This document shows, one piece after another, positions 1 to 13,978 of a DNA stretch of 64,000 nt. Made by a program: the position numbers and the translations under genes. Location of the stretch: contig NC_087251.1 of the NCBI RefSeq assembly GCF_037042905.1, positions 17,300,001-17,364,000 of the forward strand. The letters run 5' to 3'. How positions within the stretch are numbered: position 1 is the stretch's first letter; each line of letters opens with the position of its first letter. Origin of the DNA: Lytechinus pictus. Taxonomy: Eukaryota. Below the pieces are notes generated by a model. That model did no database searches, was not told where the DNA came from, and was given only the letters and a program-made list of their open reading frames with translations.

Positions 1-1346
1 CTTCATGATGTGATAAGTGCAACCAGGGATTTTTTATTATTTAGGAATTCAATTCAAGTTCAATTCATTTCAATATACTAGCCTTTGATATGTAAATAAG
101 TATTTCCTTCTTTTGCTTTATACAGAATATTTTAATTAACAGAAATTATTGCAATGTATTGGGGTATAAGTATAATACTATGTTAACATAATAAACACAT
201 CGATTGATCAGTGCTCCCAGCCCCTAAGAAAGATGCCTAACATTTCATTTGGATTATCTTGTGAATAAGATAATGAGGTTAAGATTGAGGATGATATGTT
301 GGGCTCCAATTGCTCCTCAATTAATTCTAATGTATGACGGTTATATTATTTCTGACAAAGAGGCAACATCGTGCAGGCATGATCATTGTAGTCATGGGTG
401 TCCATTATGCTGATGTGATATATTCTGACCATTACTCGATCTCTGGAGCCAAGGAGGACTACACATTTCTGGTGCATGTGCTGTTCTGAGCTTATCATTG
501 GGGCCCTTTTGCATTTTGTAAAGTGAAATTTAAGGAATTCGTGCATACTTTTGGTCAATTATATTTATTTTTTCAGTAAAAATGCAAGTCTTCACAATTT
601 ATGGGGACAGCTGCCGCCCCCCCCCCCTTCCCGCTGCGGTATGGTCGTGGTTTACTTCAATGACATATGTGATTATTCTTTCTAGTAACATCCAGGTCGT
701 TCAGCAAGTAGGAAAAAAACCAAGAACGACAAAAGAACAAAAACAAAATCTGCATCTATGCACATCACTATCGTGAGAACTGATATTAAGTTTAATTTCA
801 CGTTGTATGCTCTGGAAAAAACACACTTGATAAAATAGTACAAGCCGTGTTAATGGCAGAACATAATCAAAAATGTGTAGTCCTTCTTGGCTCCAGATCG
901 AGTAATGGTCAGAATATATCACATCAGCAAGATGGAGACCCATGACTGACTACTATGAGCATGCTTGCACGATGTTGCCTCTTTGTCAGAAATAATATAA
1001 CCGCCACACATTGAAATCAATTAAAGAGCAATTGGATTCCAACTTATCATATCATCATCAATCCTATCCTGATAATCTTATTCGTAAGTTAATCCAAATA
1101 AGATGTTAGGCATCTTTCTTAGGAGCTGGGAGCACTGATCAATCAATGTGTCTGTTAACATAGTGCACATATATACCCCAAAACATTATAATACTTTCTG
1201 TTGATTAAAATATTCTGTACAAAGCAAATGGATGAAATGTATCTTTACATATCAAAGACTAGTATATTGAAAATGAATTGAACTTGAATTGAATTTCTAA
1301 ATCAAGAAACTCGGAAAGAGCTGGTTGCACTTATAACATCATGAAG
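1..1346. repeat. Long inverted repeat / foldback element (arms about 1-480 and 875-1346)
   Basis: 1-26 cttcatgatgtgataagtgcaaccag matches the reverse complement of 1321-1346 with one mismatch, and similarity continues inward for about 470 bp. The left end lies at or beyond the window edge. Confidence 0.85.
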
Positions 1347-3083
1347 ATGATACGACTTTTAAGGGCATTAGGGTTTGTCAAGTCGTTTCAAGGTATTCCT
1401 GCAATACCATGATACCACACTGAATGTATTCGACGTCTATCTCTGTTTATCTATTTTGTTCCTAAGTGAGCACGTTTGACCCCTTTATATAGAAAGAGAC
1501 TTCAAAATAAAGAACCCACGAAAAATAAGACTTCTAAACTTCTAACCGCTTTTAGACGTGTATTTTGGCTTCCAATGAAAATTGTTGACCTTTTGACCTT
1601 TCCCTGACCTTGTCTTGACCCTTTATATCTTCTGGATAAGGACTTCTGACGATGGACTTATCAACATCGAAAATAAAAAAGTACAAACATGCATAAAAAC
1701 AAGGAAAAATTAGCTTTCTTCACACCTTCAGTGTAATTTGCCATTTAACAAAAGTTCGTTGACCTTTTTTACATTTCCGGTCATAACTTTTTAACGGGAG
1801 GTCAAGAGTATATAATTGTGTACAAATTTTTGTTCAGTATAACAAGACAAACAATTTGATATGCCATTCGACAGAATCGGGGTAATTTGAAAAATTGATC
1901 CCTATTGACCCTCTTTTGACCGCTAACATGGTCAAGATGACCATTAGAAATTTGTCACCAAGTTGAAAGTTGTTCCTTGTGATGTCACCAATCACATAAA
2001 AGTGAAAAATCAGACTTAGCCAATTTGTCGAAGTAAATGACATATGCTGCCTGACTATTATGTTAGAGATCTAACGTTACTTGTGTCTGTAATTGTGCCT
2101 TATATTCGTTTTCCCTGAAGTCCTCTAGCCAGGAAGTGTTACTCAGGGCTGACAAGAGTGGTGGTATTATTTATGATTTGAGGGGTTTGGGTTTTGGGAG
2201 GGCCTTTGTAGTTTGTTTTTGAAGATTTCAGAGCTTCTTGAGGTGACAATTGCTTGCCTGAATTAGAGATTGTTCCAACGGCAACGGGTTGTTATTTCGG
2301 GGAAGAAGGAGTTCACTAATTGTGTTGTTGATTTTTAAACATTTTGTTCTTTCTCAAAGATCAACCTGACTAAAAGTAAATTGTAAAAAGAGCAGAATAA
2401 ATAATGAAAAATTATTGGTGAACTTCCCCTTTAACGCTTACTGTGCTGGTCCAAATACCCCTCCACTGCCAGGGGTATTCAAGGGAATCCTAAATTGACC
2501 AGTTTAACGAGGCAAAGCGATCTTGAAAACTACGAGGTGGTTTTCTGAACCGGTTTGGAAGATTGCTTCGACCGTTCTCACTACACGTTAAACTAGTTTC
2601 CACTAAACTAGTTTCCAGTAAACTAGTTTTAGGAAGGTAGAGAGAACGGTGTCCTAGTAATGTTAGTTTCTCCTCATTCCATATTTCCATGCCCATGGCC
2701 ATTGTACCTACCCATGCCATGGTCATGGATGTTTGTTTTCCTGTTCCCTTACCATCAAATCTTGATTCATAGTTTTTTTCCCTGAATATAGTCCTAGATC
2801 TAGATCTAAATGAGGAAAATTTTGTCTTTCGGTCTCTTGTGTCTGTACAAAGCTAAGCAAAGTACATTAAAAATGACTAAATGGGTATGGATGCACATGT
2901 GCTATAGAAACAAAGTTTGTTTGTACGTGTAGAATCCTACATGTATGTAGTTCATGTCTATATGCATGATAATTGAGACTTGAGATGGGGGAATTCCCTT
3001 CTTTTGAGCTCTGGGCAAAGAAACATGCACACGCAATTATAACATAGATCAAACAAAAGTTTCCACTTTCATTGATTCTTCAG

Positions 3084-3225
3084 ATCAGATGTTTATCGAG
3101 ACATGCCCACCCATCGTGATACCAAAATGATTTTCCAAGAAGACAAATGAGCAAAAGACCAGCATCCACTTTCTTATGTGCAAAAGCAGATTTAAAATGG
3201 TGAAAACAGGTTATGACCTGCAAAG
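3084..3225 (+). other. Probable 5'UTR exon of the angel gene; splices to 4106 and carries the start of a uORF at 3197
   Basis: Polypyrimidine tract plus CAG at 3081-3083, donor AAG|GTAATG at 3226, and a downstream acceptor TAG at 4103-4105. Confidence 0.5.
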
Positions 3226-3442
3226 GTAATGAGTACATAGGCGAGAAACAAAGTTTTTCTGTTGTAATATGAAAGGCATGACGTCATCACATATCTTTTT
3301 ATTATTTTTTTTTATTCTTTGCATTTACCTTTTTCCTGAGTACATTATCACAGATCTCTTGGATTTGGTACCAACTTCATTTTCACTCAGTTATTGTGAG
3401 AATGGATTTACTAACCCTGAGGCCAAGTAGCAATAGAGCCGT

Positions 3443-4043
3443 CTGCACCAGCCCAAGTTTTCAAATAATAGCACTATTTCTAATCCGGCAAATTATCCCG
3501 ATCTGAACAATCTCAAGATTATTTGTAACGGAGATGCAATCATCGCGATAGGTTGCTGGATTAATCTCGACATTGCAATCCTAAGTCAACTTAAGATTAT
3601 TTGCAAAATAGCTCGAATTATCCCGCTAATACGTCAGAGACGCACTCGAGATTCGACTCAGGATTATTTATTCATGGCGGCAGACCATAATGCAACTCGC
3701 ATTTTACATCTGCCTTTGTCTTCCAAGACGTTACCACATGAGTCGACCTGATTAGGGCTTTTAAATTTACCGGTATATATGCTAAGACTAGAATCATCAT
3801 AGTTAACGAAAAATACATCACTGACTCGCTGAGCTTAGAAAAGTGATGGGAGTACAACCGCGGGAAGTTATTCAAAAGCACGGGCTGTTGAAACTTTAAG
3901 ATCCGAAAGTCGCATGCTCAAAATATATAGGATCTGATGCAATCACTCTCCTTGCGCTGGTGGAGATGGAGTTTCTTGAATCTCAAGATTAATCGCAAAG
4001 AGGGCTGATCGGGCCAGGATCTCGAGATTTTGGGTTGGTGCAG
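3443..4043. mobile_element. MITE-like TIR element in the angel 5'UTR intron
   Basis: ctgcaccagcccaa ... ttgggttggtgcag inverted termini; internal ctcaagatt/ctcgagatt motifs. Confidence 0.55.
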
Positions 4044-4159
4044 CACTGCCTTTTGTCTAGTTTACTGATCAGGTTTTCTCTTGTTTGTTTTCTTTGTATG
4101 CATAGGCCATCATACATGGAGAAGACAGAAGCTTTTGAATTTTCCTGAACTTGAAATAT

Positions 4160-7100
4160 ATGGAATTTGTTGATGGGCTTCTAGACTATCCACCAATTGT
4201 TCTCTCTACAACAGCGATGGTTCCAAGACATATTCTGAACTCAGCACATCGCTTTAATGCTAGTCAGTTGAGCAACCACCAGTCTCTTATTCAAAGAAAC
4301 CACAGGGCTTTAAGTTTTCATCCATGGTATAACCTTTCTCCAACTTCATGGACCTGGTATAATAATCCATTGTTCTTGAATTACTTGCAACAGACACAAC
4401 AGCGAATGCCCATTCATGCACAGATTTGTCACCCTTTGCGTACTCCACATTACTCATCATACTACAATGAAAGGATGCCAGGGTCTATGAATATGGAGCG
4501 TTCATCGGAAATGGATCCTCAGCGACGCCGTACATCTCCAGGCTTTCATCCATACTCGAGATCAAATCTTTCAAACACACGTGAAATGGACCCTTCAGAA
4601 CAAGCTTCATCAAGGAAGAGTAATAAATACAACTCAAGAACTTCCAGCAGTCAGGGTTTCACTCAGGCTAATTGGCCCACAAGAACAGAAGATTGTGAGT
4701 GGAGAAGGGGTCCCAGGAAGAATGAATGCACACAGAATCAAGTCAGAAATATGCAGATTGATTGGCCCAAACACTTGACAGTTACCTTCAGTCGTAATCG
4801 AGCTAGCAGTAAATCTGTTTCTTTTGAGCCAGATTCCAAGAAGACAGCAGAGAACACAGCCCCTGTACATCATCCTAGGTCTCATAGTCAACCATGTAGC
4901 GGGTCAGCACTACCTCCAAACCTTGCTTTTCAACCATCTTGCAATTTTCATTCATCCACAGAATCACGGCAAGCCTCCAAGTCAGGTACAGGTGAGGTTA
5001 TTCTGTCATGTTATATAAAGGTTACTTACCGGTACCCAGTAAACACAGTTCCCTTTGGCCCACAGAAAAATGTTTTTAGGAGTAATTTGGATTGAGAAAA
5101 GGGGGAAAAGCTAATGCTTTGCATATTCTTGTCCAAAAAATTGTTATGACTTTATAGGCAATTGATTAATTTAAGGAATCTATGCCAACTTTAATGTATA
5201 AAAATATCTATTTGGTTGACATTTCATCCAATTCAACATAAGTGACAATTTGTTTGATGCATTTTGTTTTCCTTCTAAGGCTAGATTGCTGATGATGGAT
5301 GGAGGATGACAAAAAGAAGCATATTTTTTTTTATTATTCACAATATAGGGAACTATTGTCCACTGTTTACAAAATACAAGCAATATTCATATTCTCTGTG
5401 CACTCAACAGAGCTGACATTTTGCTTTACAAATTGCTTTTGATAGATTCCACGAGCACCTATAGGAAGAGACTATGGTTCAATGTACCTCAGCAGAGGGG
5501 CAACCCAAGTTCCAAGCTTCCGGGCAAATGTTGTGAGTTTTCCATTGTGTCTTACAACGTCCTAGCACAGGGTCTCCTGGATACAAACTATTACCTCTAC
5601 AGGCATTGTGATCAGGATATCCTCCTGTGGAACCATCGTAGACAGAGAATCCTGGAAGAGATCCAAAAAGCTGATGCTGATGTGAGTATTGTTATCAAGA
5701 GTGGGCGCATTCTGAGATAGGTTTAGAGAAACCCAGGATGTCCATGTATGTGTACCATGCTGCTACCAGCAAAAGAGACTCAGACAAGCAAATTAGCCCC
5801 TACCCCTTCCCTACATCTTATTATGTCATCCTAGCCAATTCATTCTATCTTTAATATGTCTCGATTCACTTAGGATTGATTCTAGAGATTCTAGAGTCAT
5901 TACTTTTTCTGATTGTCTTTTGTGTGTGTGGTAATTTGAGGTTTATTTGATGAATAATCTACTACGAAAGTCATAAGGATATTGGTTACACAGACCAATG
6001 CATGAATATGACCTTTCTAGAGTCAAGACAACATTTCATAACAGTCATGAATTTATAATTATTTATATAAGATTAATATTGATATTTTGAGAGCTTCATG
6101 TATTTTGAAGATTACTTTAAATCTTTCCCAATATTATGTGTATTAACAGTAGTTTGTTAGTTCAGAATGATTGCTCTTATTCTCCAGTCCAAAGTTATTT
6201 CTCTTTAATCATATGTAGAGCTATTACTTTAGATTACTTTACTAGAAAATATTCCAGTAGAATGTTGTCTACATGGACAGGTGCATTTATATTACTGGTA
6301 ATTAGATCCAAATTTGATCACAACATCTGATTGCTTGTTATATATGTTGATTCACCCATATGAAGGCTAAAGAATGTAACACCCCCTTTTATCTTTACTT
6401 CAGATAATTTGTCTACAAGAAGTTGAAGAAAGGCACTTCCATGATTTCTTCTATCCTGCTTTACAGGCAAGAGGTGAGATGGCAAATCTATCTGTCTTCT
6501 TTTTAAGCCTTAATGTTCACTATCATGTTCAGACATGGTCCGTCATAGATCAGCATCATTGTTGTTAGTGTTCATACATGGTGTGACAGGAAGATGTCAC
6601 TACATGTAGGTTGGTGAATGCTTATTGATATAGTTTAAATAGATCTGTACAAGTTGCATAGAATGTCCTGCCATGTATGAACAGCACTTAATGCAGAGAT
6701 TCATAAATAAAAATTATAATGTGTAACTTGTGTAATCATTACAAAAGACTTTCTAACTCATAGGCTTTTTAATAACTAGATTATTAAATGATTTTAATAT
6801 GAATAACTAGAAAATGCCTTCCTTGCCATTATGACCGCAAAATTGCAATCAAAATGTGAGCGTGTAAAGTAATTTTTTACATACATAAAACCTACCATAA
6901 TTATATTTCTAAGTGACGATTTTATTTCCATTATATCTTAGGTTATGCATCCATTTATAAGAAGAGAACTGGGGACAAAGAAGATGGATGTGCAACGTTC
7001 TACAGAATGAACCGCTTCTATGAAGTCTCTCACACCAAGCTGGAGTATCAACGTGGCATCGGACTGATGGACAGAGATAATGTAGCCATCGTGGTCATGT

Positions 7101-8595
7101 TACAGCCAAGGGGAATGACCTCATCCCATAAGCTATGTGTTGCTAATACACATCTTCTGTGGAACCCTCGTCGTGGGGACATCAAGCTGGCACAGTTAGG
7201 TAAACAATATACCTCACTTAATAAATACTTCATGGAGAAGCATTAGAGGAAGGAACAATCATTTTATGCAATGGGTGTACATTAGGGCTGAACAATGTGG
7301 CAATGGTACTGAAAGTATTGTGGCATTGAAACTTATTGAATAGATTGGCTAGATGGGTACATAAACATCTGCTCATGGTATTGTGAAAAAATGAAGGATT
7401 GAACCCATTTTTTACTAAGTTAATTTGAAGTATGTACCTTTATCACATTTTTTATCTAGTATCCTTTAATTCTAAGCCATCCAGTTAGTTTTCAGTTGTA
7501 CCTAGATGCTGAAATGCAATAGGTGTCATCTCTTATGGACTTTATCCTGGCTGTAAATAACCTATCATGTTTTCCGCTAACAAGAAATATTTATTGTCCT
7601 CATTCAGGTTTGCTATTTGCAGAGATAGAGAGACTTTCTAGAACCAACCACAGGTCTAGAAAAAACACCTATCATCCTGTCATCCTGTGTGGTGATTTTA
7701 ACAGCGTTCCGCACTGTCCTCTTTACAAGTTCATCAAGAATGGTCAGGTGACCTATGAAGGTCTGGCCAGTGTGGAGGTATCTGGTCAGGAGCTTGGACG
7801 GGCAAAGATTCCCTTGAGTAGCCCACTCTGGCCCAAGGAACTGGGAGTGACCCCACACTGCCGTTATGCGGATGCTGGAATGCAATCATCTAGAAATCCA
7901 GGTGGGTTCTTGGAATTATATATTATTTTGTTTATGAAATATTAGAATTTTGGGGGGAAACAGAACATACTTATTTTTTTTTATTTCAGAAAATGTTTCT
8001 AGGTATAACCAGAATATGCAAAGAATGTGTTATTGACATATTCACCGCTGTAGTGGAATTTCTTTGGTCTTAAAAAGAGATTTGACTTTATTTACACCAT
8101 ATTATGTGTGCCATTTTTTTAATGGCACTATATTTAGAGTGAATCTTGAATCAGGATTTAATTGATGATGCAATCGTTGCTTTCACACAACTTTGTACAT
8201 TAAATACAGGTGGTACTTCAAGACGAACTAGACAATCTTCAAGAGATCATCCAGCCAATCAAGATATTCAAATCGATGACATCGAAGGCCAACTCGTCCA
8301 TCCTTTCCTCTTCTCTTCTGTCTATGATCATAGCCATGGAAATACTGAAGTCACCACCAATCATTCAAAAACTAACTGTACGGTAGATTATATCTTCTAC
8401 AGTAAACATATAAAGGAAGGTAGTACATCAAAACATCTAGGTACATCAAACTTCTCAGGTGAACTTTCTCTTGTTGGACGTCTGAACCTTTTCACAGATA
8501 GTGAAGTTAGCGCCATGGGAGGGCTTCCTAATTTGAATTGGGCATCTGATCACCTTTCCCTCCAAGCAACTCTACGTCTAACTCCAGTGGAATGA
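4160..8595 (+). CDS. ANGEL2: Protein angel homolog (ANGEL2-like EEP/CCR4-family 2',3'-cyclic phosphatase); join(4160..4991,5446..5681,6404..6473,6942..7199,7608..7901,8210..8595), about 691 aa
   Basis: All introns are GT-AG with compatible phases (1,0,1,1,1) and the total of 2076 nt is in frame. Motifs SYNVLAQ, ICLQEV, KKRTGDKEDGCATFY, DRDNVAIV, ANTHLLWNPRRGDIKLAQL, ILCGDFNS, VDYIFY and SDHLSL are typical of Angel proteins. Long S/N/Q/P-rich N-terminal exon. The start ATG and the ANGEL1 vs ANGEL2 assignment are inferred. Confidence 0.92.
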
Positions 8596-8744
8596 ATAGA
8601 CCCTTTGCTTTTTAATCATCTTTCCTGACACACCAATGACTGTTATTTTCATTTTGGAGAGGTTTGTGTGCAGTGCTGAAAGTGAATTGTTGTGAATGAA
8701 GTAAGTGTAAATTATTATTTCTAAGATGTCCTAAACAGCCTTAA

Positions 8745-11700
8745 CCCTTTGCGTGCGGGCCCACGAAACCGGATACCTCTCCCTGCGGCGGAGCCGTTTT
8801 TGTACATTGCTGCTATTTTGATCTGTGGCGGTGTTTTCATAATCTATTGCTAATTGCGCCAAACTGAAGTATTTTCAGGATTTTTAGTAAATGTAAAGAT
8901 GAAAGATCAGCCTTTTTTCTTTCTAGAATTAAAGGTCTCGCTTCTCAAATCAACAGAATAGTTAAGAAATTTACGAGGAAAAAGTCGTGTTATTTTGTAA
9001 TTTCTTCATATTTTCCCCAAGTCAATAGGCACTGTGTACAAAATTGCGTAAGGGCAATCAGCACGCGCGGACAAGTCGGGTTCGATCGATACCGCTTTGT
9101 TGTCTGCTCTATATAGTGCTTTTTTCATTGCCTATTGTCACGCTACTCATGAATGGTCTCTTTACCTCCTTGTATTCAGATCATTTGCAAAGTGTATAAT
9201 TACGACGATAATCCGTTTTGGGTGAAATCACAGCATACCAAATACCTTTATTTTCCAGAATGAATAAAAAAGGGTGAATATATTCACTTGCAAGTACGAT
9301 GATGATGCTGCGCAACGAAAGTCCGAAACTATATTGTGATTTTTGGCTTCTGGGCTTCAAGACGGTGGCCTCAATATTTCACTAAAAATTGTCCTTGGTT
9401 TCTTCTTTTCATATATTATAGTTTGTAATAAAAAATAATTTTGTTCCTGAAGATTGCATACCAGTGTTCGATTTGTTTTCCTGTTGCTGTTGCAATTTCA
9501 AAGAGCGAAGGGGGTAAATGTGACTCAAATCTGAAATCACACCTCCCAACGCTCTCCTCGTCTCGTTCTACGTTTCATTTTTCTATCTCCCTTTTCCCTC
9601 CAAAATAACGATGCTACCGATTACTGTTCGTCACAATGAGAGAAAGTAAATTTTATTATCTATTGAAATTGTAGCATAAACTTTTAGTTCATTGTTAGTT
9701 TTAGCGTTTGAACTGATTATGCTTTTGTCGAATTTTCAGTGCAAAAATTTTCACATGGAATAGAAAGAGAGAATGAGATGAAAAGCTTCCAAAACCTAAC
9801 ATGACAAATTCATTCTATTAAATGACGTGAATTTCAAATTGAGGCGGGGGACTATAGTATTCTAATTCTTTATAAGTAAATATTTATGCAATAGCAAAAG
9901 CGCACATAATGGTTTACATTATACCTTTTTGTTCTATTTCCTCTTTTTCCCCCTCCATTCTTTCTGTCGATTTATCATTCTCCTATACATGTATCTCGAT
10001 TTGCATTTTCTATTCTTTTTTTAAATCTCACTTGCATCTTCTTCCATCCCTATGGGTATCATCACCCAGGGGAAAATTGTATTTTTTGTGAAGAAAGCAC
10101 TGTCATGCTCAAGAAAATGTTCTTGGCATGTCTTAAGCGCCTGCATGTTTTAAATAAGTAAACATTTACTTTTTTATTGTTACTGTCGTAATATAAAAAG
10201 CAGTATTCCTAAGAGCTTTTTGTATCGCTAAATACGAGAAGCATTCACTAGGTCATCCTGACGAAATACACTAATCTTCCTTTTATTCAGGGCGTTGGCT
10301 ATTTGTCCCCTGCTCTTTTTATAAGGAATTTGTTTGAGCGTCCGCCATGACTTTCTTTTGTTCATTTTTAAAAGAGCAGAGGATAAACGGTGTTATTAAT
10401 TCCTTTATTTTGTTTCCTTTGAAATAGAGGACAAAAATAAGAGCAATATTGGATGAGAGAACGAGAGAAAGCGGGGGTGGGGGTTCAAAAGTTTTCCAGG
10501 GGCTCGTATTATATAAAATTTGTTTACAAATTTTCAATAGCACTTGAAAGCTACTGAAACCATTTTATTTAACTGGCGGATGGTAATTTTTTTTTAAATT
10601 ATTGCGCATTTTTCAATATAAAATGTGCATGTATAATGTATTTATAAAACGGTACCAATTAAAGATTTCCTCGTTTTCCCTTTTCCCTGGTTTCTAACCT
10701 GTAACTGAATGTATTATCTATCGCTTTCATTCCCTTATATCTATCGTCTTTCTTTATCCCCTCCCTTCTACACCTTTTTTCTCTAAGTTCTTCTCATTTA
10801 AATAATATCTGTATCGTCTTCTTTCTTCCCGGTTTGGATTACGAGGTATATACCCGCCCCCATCCCCTCAATCCCTTCTGATTTTTCTTCTCAGTACCTG
10901 TCATTTTACATTACATCTAACGTCTCCCCCCCCCCCCTCTCTCTCTCTTAATCGGAAACGGTTCCGAGAGAATGCCTCGTTTTTGGCAACTTGTATTGAT
11001 CGGAGATGGTTGCATTTGTGGGCCTCTCGTCCTAATGCATCGTGGTCATCATGTCGAAAATGTTGGTGTTTTTCCCCCCTGTTTCTCAAATAATGTCCCG
11101 AAAAACCTTTTAAAATTACTATTGTAACTGTCAATTCACAATAATTTCTATATCATCTTCCATTTTCTATATTGATAACGTGGGTAGATATCTTTTGCAA
11201 AAGACAATATGATGATGATGATCATCATCATCGTATAAAAATGCACGACTAAACTATTTTTTGTGAACTTGGGGCTTAGGGTTATGGCAAGACAGAGGCC
11301 TCAATCTTTCACTAAAAGTAATTTTCTTTTTTTAGATTTTTTCATAAATTTTATGTCTCATTTAAGTCGATTTCCCGCGCAGATATTATAATAATAATAA
11401 AATAATATTGTTCCTGAAGTTTGCGCATCGGTATTCGATTTATAATATCCTGAAATTATTTAAAAGAGTTAAAAGAATAAAAGTGACTAAAATTGTAAGT
11501 CTGAAATCATACCTCCCGACTCTCTTCTTGTCACTTTATACGTTTCTTTCTTTATCTTACTATTCCCTCAAAAAGAGCCAAGCAATTACTGAAAGTAACA
11601 GAAAGTATTTTTTTCTTGAATAAATTATAGCATCCGCAATCATAAGTGTTTTTTATTTGTTCTTTCGTTTTGTTCGATTGTCTCCTTCGTTCTGTTCTAT

Positions 11701-13978
11701 TGTCTCCTTGATTTCACAACCGAAAATAAATCATTAAAAAAAAACATTCACAATAGTTAGAATTCATTTTTGTCTCTATCGTTTTAATCGTTCAATCTAA
11801 TAGTACAGAGGCGGCGGAGTTGGTATAGGTATTTTCAGTCCTCACCCCTTGCAGCAAACATGTACAAAAAATCCGAAGTCTATATAAATTTCTGATTTTT
11901 TTTTCGGCCGGTCCACTCCCTCCCACATTCAGTAACGAAAGCAATTTTGTTTCCCTCTATGAATCTTTTCTACCACGCTATTCGCCGGTAAAAAAAAGGG
12001 AGAAAGAAATTGGCAAAAAAGTAGGAAATTCAATAAAATTTGGGTCGGTATCAACATTTTTTTTTTTGCGGGGGGGGGGTGTAGGTTACACATGAATAAA
12101 AGTTTGTAGGATTGAGAGAGTTCTATCGGGTGACACGCCAGTCAAACGTGTTTTCTTTATAGGGGGTGCCTTAGCGTAATTTCTCATCCTGTATCATTCT
12201 ATTTCCTCCAAGTTCGCGCGAGGAAACTTTTAGTTCTTTATTGGTTTTATCATTTGAAGTGATTATGATTCCGTCAACTTTTCAATGCAAAAGTTTTCAT
12301 CTGGGAGAGAAAAGAAAATAAGATGAAGAGCTTCTAAAACCTAACCTATTATAAATTCATTCTGTAAAATGATATGAATTAACAAATTGTAATATTTTAG
12401 CCGCTTCATCCCCGTCCCACAGCTCAACCCCTGTACCATAAAAAAAGCATTGCTGTCCCTGAATAACATCTTTTTCCAAACATTTTGGTTTAGATGCAAA
12501 CCATGGTAAGCGCCCCAAATGCGATTTTTGGGGGTCGTAACGGGGAAAAAGGGGGCCAGGACGGTCTTTATTCTTATCTTTTCCACCGCGTTACTCGCAA
12601 TTAAAAAAACAGAAAATCGGACAGAGGAGACAAACAAGCAATATATGAGAGTGTAGGTCAGAACATTTCCATCGGGGGGGGGGGGTCAAACAAGAACAAT
12701 GATAAACAGTCATCAGTTTGGCAAGGGTCTGAGGACCGAGTTGCAACAAATAAACGTTGTGGGATTTTTTGAAGTAATCTAACCAAAAAATAAAGTCATG
12801 TTGTAATTCGTTTAAGTAGATATTCATGCATGGAATTTTTAGCAAAAGCGCACTTGTCTGTTCCCCCTTTTATCACTGTATCTCATTCTCTCTCGTTATC
12901 CCTGACATTTGAACATATTTTTTTCGATAATTTCCCTAAATAATTATTCGTTCATCCTTATATGCATCATCACCCAGCCGGGAAGCGCCTTTATGCAATA
13001 TGAATCACTGACGGATGTCATAAGCACCTGTGTTGTCGGTAAACGAGACCTTTTTTTTTTGTAGATACGGTATGTTGGTCGAAAAAAAAAAAATTCATAA
13101 AAGCTTTTTGTATTGCTAAGTACGAAAAGCGTTCAATGGGTCATCCTGCCGATAAACACTAATCTTCCTTTTGTTCGGGGCGTTGACCATCTGTATCCTG
13201 CTCTTTTAGGAAGGAATTTGCTTGAGTGGCCGCCCAGACATTCTTTTGTTCGGGTAGTGCCGATATCATGAACTACATGGACGTTCCCCTTTTGAAAAGA
13301 ACAGAAGATGAATGGTGTGCTAAACTGCTTTCTTTTCTCTTTTTTTTCATAATAGTATAGACAAAAAATAATGAGAAGAAGAGGGATGATGGGGAGGGAA
13401 AAAGTTCAAAAGTGCACCGAGATCAGCTCAAAGTACTAAGACATTACAAGCTTTTTGCTTTTCTGAAAATGCAATCAATCGATGAAACCAAGGAGATATC
13501 ATTCTATCTAGAGTGATATCTTCTTGATTAAACAAATAAGACGAAAATGGTGAATAAACGCGTAGCTTATTACGTGACGATCTTGCAGAAAAGATGTTAG
13601 CGTATATCTATCAGAACAACGATATGGATCAAATCACGTGATCGGAAAAAAAATCACGTGATCAGGCCTTATGCGCGCGCGTACGTGCTCGTCACAAAGT
13701 TTATCCTTCCCGTCCGACTCCAACGAAAAAATCGGGTAAAGTTGAAATGATTTCCTATTTTCGGGATTTTTCCCCACGTAGCTGTATATTTTTTTCAATC
13801 TGTTATCGAAATATGTTTATAAAGTAAATAGTGGCAGAGATTTTGGTACATAACAATTACGAAAAAGCTGAAAAACTTCATTGAATTAAACCAAACATTT
13901 CTCGGCTTCTGTAGAAGCCCGTCGTAGCTAAGTGAATGACTCGCTGGGCTTCTGTGGAAGCCCGTCGCACGCAAAGGG
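8745..13978. mobile_element. Non-autonomous piggyBac-like DNA transposon (5.2 kb)
   Basis: TTAA at 8741-8744 and 13979-13982; perfect 13-bp TIR CCCTTTGCGTGCG; subterminal repeats ggcttctgt(a/g)gaagcccgtcg x2; internal duplicated blocks; no transposase ORF. Confidence 0.9.

Noticed and set aside
2989..2998. Perfect kB palindrome GGGAATTCCC near the angel 5' end
   Set aside because: Isolated site with no supporting cluster; could be chance.
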